A stretch of 63,423 bases of DNA, the filler included, from Guillardia theta CCMP2712 (Eukaryota; Protista; Cryptophyta), in NCBI RefSeq assembly GCF_000315625.1. It is 5 parts of 5 records of this genome, joined end to end, with 100 filler letters (N's around TTAATTAATTAA, not from the genome) between each part and the next. Parts side by side here need not be neighbours in the genome. Positions count along the whole stretch, not along the records: positions 56,493 to 61,086 come from NW_005434165.1; positions 61,187 to 63,423 come from NW_005434071.1; 3 more parts are not named here. The stretch is one strand, 5' to 3'. The position numbers and the translations under genes were made by a program. The notes beneath the pieces were generated by a model. It was not told the origin of the DNA and searched no databases. It saw only the letters and a program-made list of their open reading frames with translations. Every line of letters begins with the position of its first letter. The stretch's first letter is position 1. Positions 57,670-63,423 of this stretch are shown one piece after another.

Positions 57670-60423
57670 CATTACGTCATGATCTTGAAATTTGGTCCAT
57701 TTCTTCCTGAACGGGGTTGTTCGCAAACACATCAAATTGTGGGGTGGGGTGGTCTACTACAGGTTTTAAAGTTGCTTTCTGGTACTGTTTACAAGTATGT
57801 AAAATTTCAAATCCAGTTTCAAATTGACTTCGAGTACTCCCCGGCTTCCCCTACACGCCCGACATGTCGCCATCTACACGCCGGCACGCAGTACCGAAGC
57901 GCCCTCCATGATGCATGGCGTCGGCGCATGCAAGAGCTGAAGCAACAGGCATTTGTGTTCTTCGTTCAAAGCAAACAAGTATCAAGTCTGACATGAAGAA
58001 ATGGAGGTCTGAAGCAGGTGGTGAAGGAGTATGATTGCGTAGAGGTACGTCACACCTCGATTATCGCTTCTCATGGGATTGAAGGCTGAGAATGCTGGTT
58101 TGGCATGAATGAAAAACTTGAGATTGATGCAATTTTGGAGATGTTTGGAACAGGCAGCGTCTTCTTCTGAGTTAGAATGAAGCTGAACGATAGTTGTCAA
58201 GCCGCTTTAGTGCAAGCACCTCGAGATTTTCAAGATCTGCACTTCATGATTTGAATCATCTGTGGCGCCATGCAAGATGCCAGTCCGAATTCAAACGTCT
58301 TGAAGTTTTCATCATGATTTGCATCGCTACCTCATTATATTTTGACATTAGATAATGATGCTTCGCATGTGTAAAATGTTGGGATTACACTACAACCTTT
58401 CAGATGCATGTTCTTGTTCTAGACAAAGTAACATCAATAGAATATACATACATGTCGTACAATTGTCACAATTATGACTATGTACAAGTTAGACTCGTGT
58501 CTGGCTGTAGATTTATTCCAAACCGCAAGTTACACTCTCCGTCCTCTTTGGCTTTGAACTTCTTTCACCGACAGATTTATCATCTTAGCTGTGATGGGCT
58601 TGTTGCAATGGCTCTGCTTCCACTGCTCAGAGAAGTGCACTGATGCACAACGCCCGGCATTCAAGTCCAGCCTTCAACTATCAATACTTGAAAGCACGAG
58701 AGAAAACTCCTCGGCAATGGAATCGCCTGAGAGAAGACTCTGAGAGAAGGAATGGCTAGTACAGCTCATGAGAGTTGTTTTCAAAAATCAACTGCAGTGC
58801 GACAGACAATTCTGGCGATCTCAATCATGATTCAGCTTTCAAGTGGCTGATGCGTTCGCTGGCAGAGAGCTAACCTTGTCTGGAGGCAGCTGATGTCTCA
58901 TGCTTTCTTCATCTTTGTTTGCCTATTCGATTAGTTGCTTGTAAAGCTATATGTATGACCATCATGTGCACGATGCCAGGCTCAGTGCCCGGCATGGTGG
59001 AGTGTGGCTGCTTAACAAAGCCACAAGCACAAGAATGTACAGAATTACATGGCGACGAGCATTGGCATGTAAGACGAATCTAACCAGCAAGGATGTGATG
59101 ATTTGACTTTATTGAAGCTACCCTGTGAATGAAACTGTTGCACGCTATCACATGCATAGTACCATGCTAGAGTATGTGACGTGCAAGTTCCTCATTGCAT
59201 GAAATGAATGTCACCAACAGAGAGAGAGTCACATACATCTGCATACAATGTGCAAGCATCATTGGTGACGCCACTTTCTTTTGGCGTTCACCTGATTCAA
59301 ATCCATCGCAAACATAGAAAAGCAACAGCAAGTATCTTCAAATCTGCTTCACTTTCATCTCACGTAGCATTCTGGTACCAGGATGCTAGGGTGGCAACGC
59401 AACAAGGAGGATCGCATTTCCATCAAGTATTCGAAGGTTGCATCTCTCATCGCACCCTGATCCATTTTCCTCATGTTTTCCTTCTCAAAGTGTGAAAATC
59501 GCTTATATAACTAAGATACATCATCATCGAGGCGTCTCAGTGCAAACACAAGAAGGCAAGTGACATGCTTGTTGGGATAATGTAACCATGCAAATTTGAA
59601 TCCTTGCCGCTCAAAACAGTATTTGATGCATATTTACACCATCACAAGATCAAGAAAGCAAACATCATCATTAACATACAGTTAAAACTATTCTCACCAT
59701 GCTTCAAAGCTTCTTTGTATTCACAAGCAACTCAACGAACTCAGATTCAAATCTTCTCTTTCCTCTTGGAATCCAAGAGTGGTTCTCAACCATTATGGAT
59801 AGGTTCAAAGAGAAGTTTTCTATTCATCCACATGACAGTACACATAGATTCGAAGTCTCTCACCATTCAAATTGGTTGTCGCGCGCGAGCAAGGGATCGG
59901 TTCGCCATCTCTTGCTTGGTCGAGGGAGGGGGGATTTGGGGAAAGTGAAGGAAAGGGGTGACCCCTACCCCCTTTTTCTGTATTTCAAACTTGGAAAGCA
60001 GGGGGTGGAGGTGTCTTGTTTCCAATCACCTACCCTCGCATTCCCAAGAGAACCTGGGGTTAAAATGGGGGTACTCATGCATGTAAATTCAAACCAGCCG
60101 TTTGTTGGGTGCGGGGGGGTGGAACACAGTTCACCATCACCCTGAAATCGCCTTAAAAGCGTATTAGAACTGTACGAGGAGCTCGAGATCCGGTACTAAC
60201 AGGCTCCAAGAACAGCCTCAATTTGCCTTGTCTACCCCCCTTGAAGGACCTCACAACCACAAACGGGGTAGTGCTACACCACCCGACATTTGATAGGGGA
60301 AAGGAGGGTAGTCTAAAGCAGATATGTGTGCTTCTGGACCCCGGACGGCAAGCTATGCCCCCCTCAGGACTAATTGGATCTGGCCCACTGGGCCAGCCTT
60401 TGTACCAGAAGCATTATTGAGTA

Positions 60424-61086
60424 AGGATTTTTTTCGAGGTCGAAACTCAACTGGAAATTGAGTTGAAAATCCAGGGTTTTTCTACCTATAAACCAGTTCA
60501 TGTACTAATTGATCGGAAATCTCTCCAAAAAGTCCTGATTATGTCTCTTTGCTTTGGATCGGCCTGATTGACATCCTTTGGGCATATTCCGGGCCTCTCC
60601 GGCGAGCTCCAGGCCCGTGCGGGCCGTCCGGGCCCGTGGAAACAGGTTATGAGCCTCTTGAGCCGAGGGGTCGCGGGGAGGTATAGAATGATATGGGAGA
60701 GAAGCCGGGAAGAAAAAACTTGCAACGTATTTATACGTATAGGATTTTTTTCGAGGTCGAAACTCAACTGGAAATTGAGTTGAAAATCCAGGGTTTTTCT
60801 ACCTATAAACCAGTTCATGTACTAATTGATCGGAAATCTCTCCAAAAAGTCCTGATTATGTCTCTTTGCTTTGGATCGGCCTGATTGACATCCTTTGGGC
60901 ATATTCCGGGCCTCTCCGGCGAGCTCCAGGCCCGTGCGGGCCGTCCGGGCCCGTGGAAACAGGTTATGAGCCTCTTGAGCCGAGGGGTCGCGGGGAGGTA
61001 TAAAATGATATGGGAGAGAAGCCGGGAAGAAAAAACTTGCAACGTATTTATACGTATAGGATTTTTTCGAGGTCGAAACTCAACCG
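60424..61086. repeat. 317-bp tandem repeat, 2 copies plus the start of a third, running into the block edge
   Basis: AGGATTTTTT(T)CGAGGTCGAAACTCAAC at 60424, 60741 and 61058. Confidence 0.93.
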
Positions 61087-61186
61087 NNNNNNNNNNNNNN
61101 NNNNNNNNNNNNNNNNNNNNNNNNNNNNNNTTAATTAATTAANNNNNNNNNNNNNNNNNNNNNNNNNNNNNNNNNNNNNNNNNNNN
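61087..61186. other. Artificial scaffold linker
   Basis: N44-TTAATTAATTAA-N44. Confidence 0.95.
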
Positions 61187-61334
61187 ACCTCCCTTCTCCC
61201 TTCTCCTCGCTGCCTCTTGACCTCCCAACTCTCCCTTGCCCCTTTCCCTTGCTCCTCCTCCTGCCCCCTGCCCTTTATCCTTTCCTTGCTCCTCCTCCTC
61301 CTCAACTTCTTCCTCTCGTCCTCGTCTCCTCCTC

Positions 61335-61367
<33 letters not shown>

Positions 61368-61392
61368 TGCGGTTCGTGTTGACTTGTCGCAG

Positions 61393-61491
61393 GAATTGTC
61401 GGAGTTCGAGCTCAAGTGTCTGCCGGCCTTCTACGCGGATCGACTTGGCAAGATGCCCTACTACCCTCACAGCCCTCGGTTCCCCGAGTGA
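61393..61491 (+). CDS. Probable terminal exon of an unidentified gene
   Basis: Polypyrimidine intron ending CGCAG, then ELSEFELKCLPAFYADRLGKMPYYPHSPRFPE*. Confidence 0.4.
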   Translation, partial: ELSEFELKCLPAFYADRLGKMPYYPHSPRFPE

Positions 61492-61819
61492 CGAAGCGAG
61501 AGCAAGCGCAACGAGAGGAGGGAGAGAGAGGCAGTGAGGGAGGAGAGGAAGCGGAGGAAAGAGAGAAAAGGACAAGAGAGCGAAGGAGGGAGAGGACAGG
61601 AAGGGAAGGAGAGGAGAGTTGAGAAGAGGTAGGGAAGGGAGGGAGGGATATACGCACACTGAATGAAATAAGACAGGAGATGCTGGCGGGTGGAGGGGAG
61701 GGGAAAGACGAGGAGGAGATGGGGAAATATCACACGAAGACAAGGAGGAGGGCGAAGAGGAAGAACGACGAAGAGGAGGAGAGCAGAGGAGTATCTTTCA
61801 CTTGTGCGTTCATTTCGCT

Positions 61820-62672
61820 TCACACCTCAGCTGTACCGGCGACGAAGAGGACGTTGCTGGCTCCAAACCTCAGCTGCACTCGATCACGTGTCAAAAAAGA
61901 AACAAAATTCTCAGCTCGACGCTACCGTTGCGATCGGCGTCCGACGGGTCCAGAAGCTCTTGATGGGGCCAAGGCGCTCCCCGTCGCTCCTCCCTCCCTT
62001 CCCCCCGTCTCTAGAGCGCTTGATGGCTTCTTCCTCCTCCTTCCTCCCGCTCCCATCCCACAGCTTCACCGTCCCGTCCATGGAACCCGACGCGAGGACC
62101 GGTCTGTCCTCCTCCCCGCCGTAGCTGAAGTCCAGCGCCGTCACCATCTGGGCATGACCCTGGTAGGAGGAGAGGAGCCGGTCCGAAGACAAATTCCAGA
62201 GCAAGACCTGAGACGCGTCAGGAGGGGAGAGGAGGAAGACGAGGAGGGAGGTGGGTTGAGAAGTAGGAGGAGGAGGAGGAGGGAGGAGAGAGGAGGGAGG
62301 AAATGACGGGGAAAGGAGAAGGATTATGAGGGTGGGGGGAAAGGGAGAAAGGGGAGGAGGGAGAGTGGAGGAAAGCAAGGAAGAGAGATTCGAAGAGAGC
62401 AGAGGAGGAGACGGGGGGAGGGGAGGGGAAGGGAAGAGGAAGGGAAGAGGAAGGGAGCTAGAGAGGGAAGGCAAGGCCGGGCAGGAGGGTTTGGTTGTCC
62501 AACCTCCCCGTTGTCTCCTCCTGAAGCCAAGCTGAGACCGTCGTGGGAAAATCGAACTGCTGAGACCCCGGTCGAGTGACCGCGATAGATGCGAATCTAG
62601 AAGAAAGTAAGGCGTGGAGGGGGAGGGGGAGGACGAGGAGGACTATGATGGTGGTGGTGGTGGTGGTGGTGG

Positions 62673-62738
<66 letters not shown>

Positions 62739-63085
62739 GGAGGAGGAGGAGGAGGAGGAAGAGGAGGAGGACTGGAGTATTCCCCTCACCTGATTCCCTG
62801 ATACAGTGTCCCATACCCTCACCGTGCGATCGGTACCTCCTGTTAGACATCTATAAAGATCCTCGTCTGCTCCCTCCCTTCAGCTTCTTCCTCCCATCTC
62901 TCTGCTCCACCTCCCTCACTGCTCTCTGCTCTGCATTTCTATGCTCTGCAGTTCCTCTCCTCTCCTGTCCTGTCCTGTCCTGTCCTGTCCTCTCCTCTCC
63001 TGCTTCCTCACAAACTCTAGCTCTTACCTGTTGCAATGTAATTGCAGTTGGGATGAAATGCGATGCAGTCCACATCTCCCTGATC
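61820..63085 (-). CDS. TAF5: TFIID subunit TAF5 (WD40), 3' exons only
   Basis: GDVDCIAFHPNCNYIATG, DRTVRVWD..SG, ASGGDNGEV, LLWNLSS...GHAQMVTALDFS...LASGSMDGTVKLWD, SFWTRRTP, NVLFVAG. The FHPNxNYxATG and terminal T(K/R)xTP motifs are characteristic of TAF5. Confidence 0.8.
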
Positions 63086-63423
63086 CAGCAAGCAAACAAG
63101 ACAAGTAGGATTAGCATAAGGATGAGGAGCAGGAGGAGAACAAAGATAAGTATGGAGGGGGGGATGGGGAGAGAGGAGGAGGAGGAGGAGGAGGAGGAGG
63201 TTGATATCGATGCTCTCCTCCCGGACGTTCCTCCTCGACCGCTCGTTTACAGAAATCTGATCTCCCAAGCAGAGCGTGATGGCAGTCGATCACATCAGAA
63301 CTTACTTGCGTCAGCATGCAAGACGTTGAAAAGTTCTTCCCACCTCGAGCAGCTCGCCGGGCAGCGGTCACTCGATAGAGCCAGGCCCAGGATGCAAAGT
63401 TGACTACCAATACTTCGGATAAT

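Noticed and set aside
57670-59930. Possible gene or decayed transposon between the satellites
   Set aside because: No long ORF or recognisable motif.

Overview
Eukaryotic (algal-type) genomic DNA. Short GT-AG introns packed with (GAG)n/(CCT)n, TTTAGGG telomere repeats and a Fanzor resembling GtFz1 as I remember it suggest a cryptophyte such as Guillardia theta (inference). The window is five sequence blocks joined by artificial 100-nt linkers (N44-TTAATTAATTAA-N44 at 23265-23364, 39661-39760, 56393-56492, 61087-61186), so adjacency across linkers is not evidence. Block 1 (1-23264): a scrambled repeat mosaic, microsatellites, and intron-rich host genes (UNC-45-like, CK2 beta, cNMP-binding protein, RING-ARM protein). 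Block 2 (23365-39660): AT-rich, intronless and virus-like. It carries two GIY-YIG nucleases, origin-like hairpins and iterons, a 5'-truncated PolA-like (TVpol)/D5-SF3 helicase, and a complete TA-flanked IS630/Tc1-type transposon with a broken transposase, an intact 687-aa Fanzor1 RNA-guided nuclease and a structured right end (omegaRNA). It continues with an EsV-1-7/double-HNH nuclease, tRNA-Ile(UAU) plus a second half-tRNA, a lipase-TCP11 fusion and a glycosyltransferase-like gene, and ends in a telomere. The two flanks of the Fanzor element are different decapitated genes, so it appears to join two unrelated viral segments. Block 3: MATE transporter, a divergent virus-like TBP-fold gene with introns, and an ankyrin/kinesin-14-like gene. 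Block 4: two satellites. Block 5: the 3' part of TAF5.
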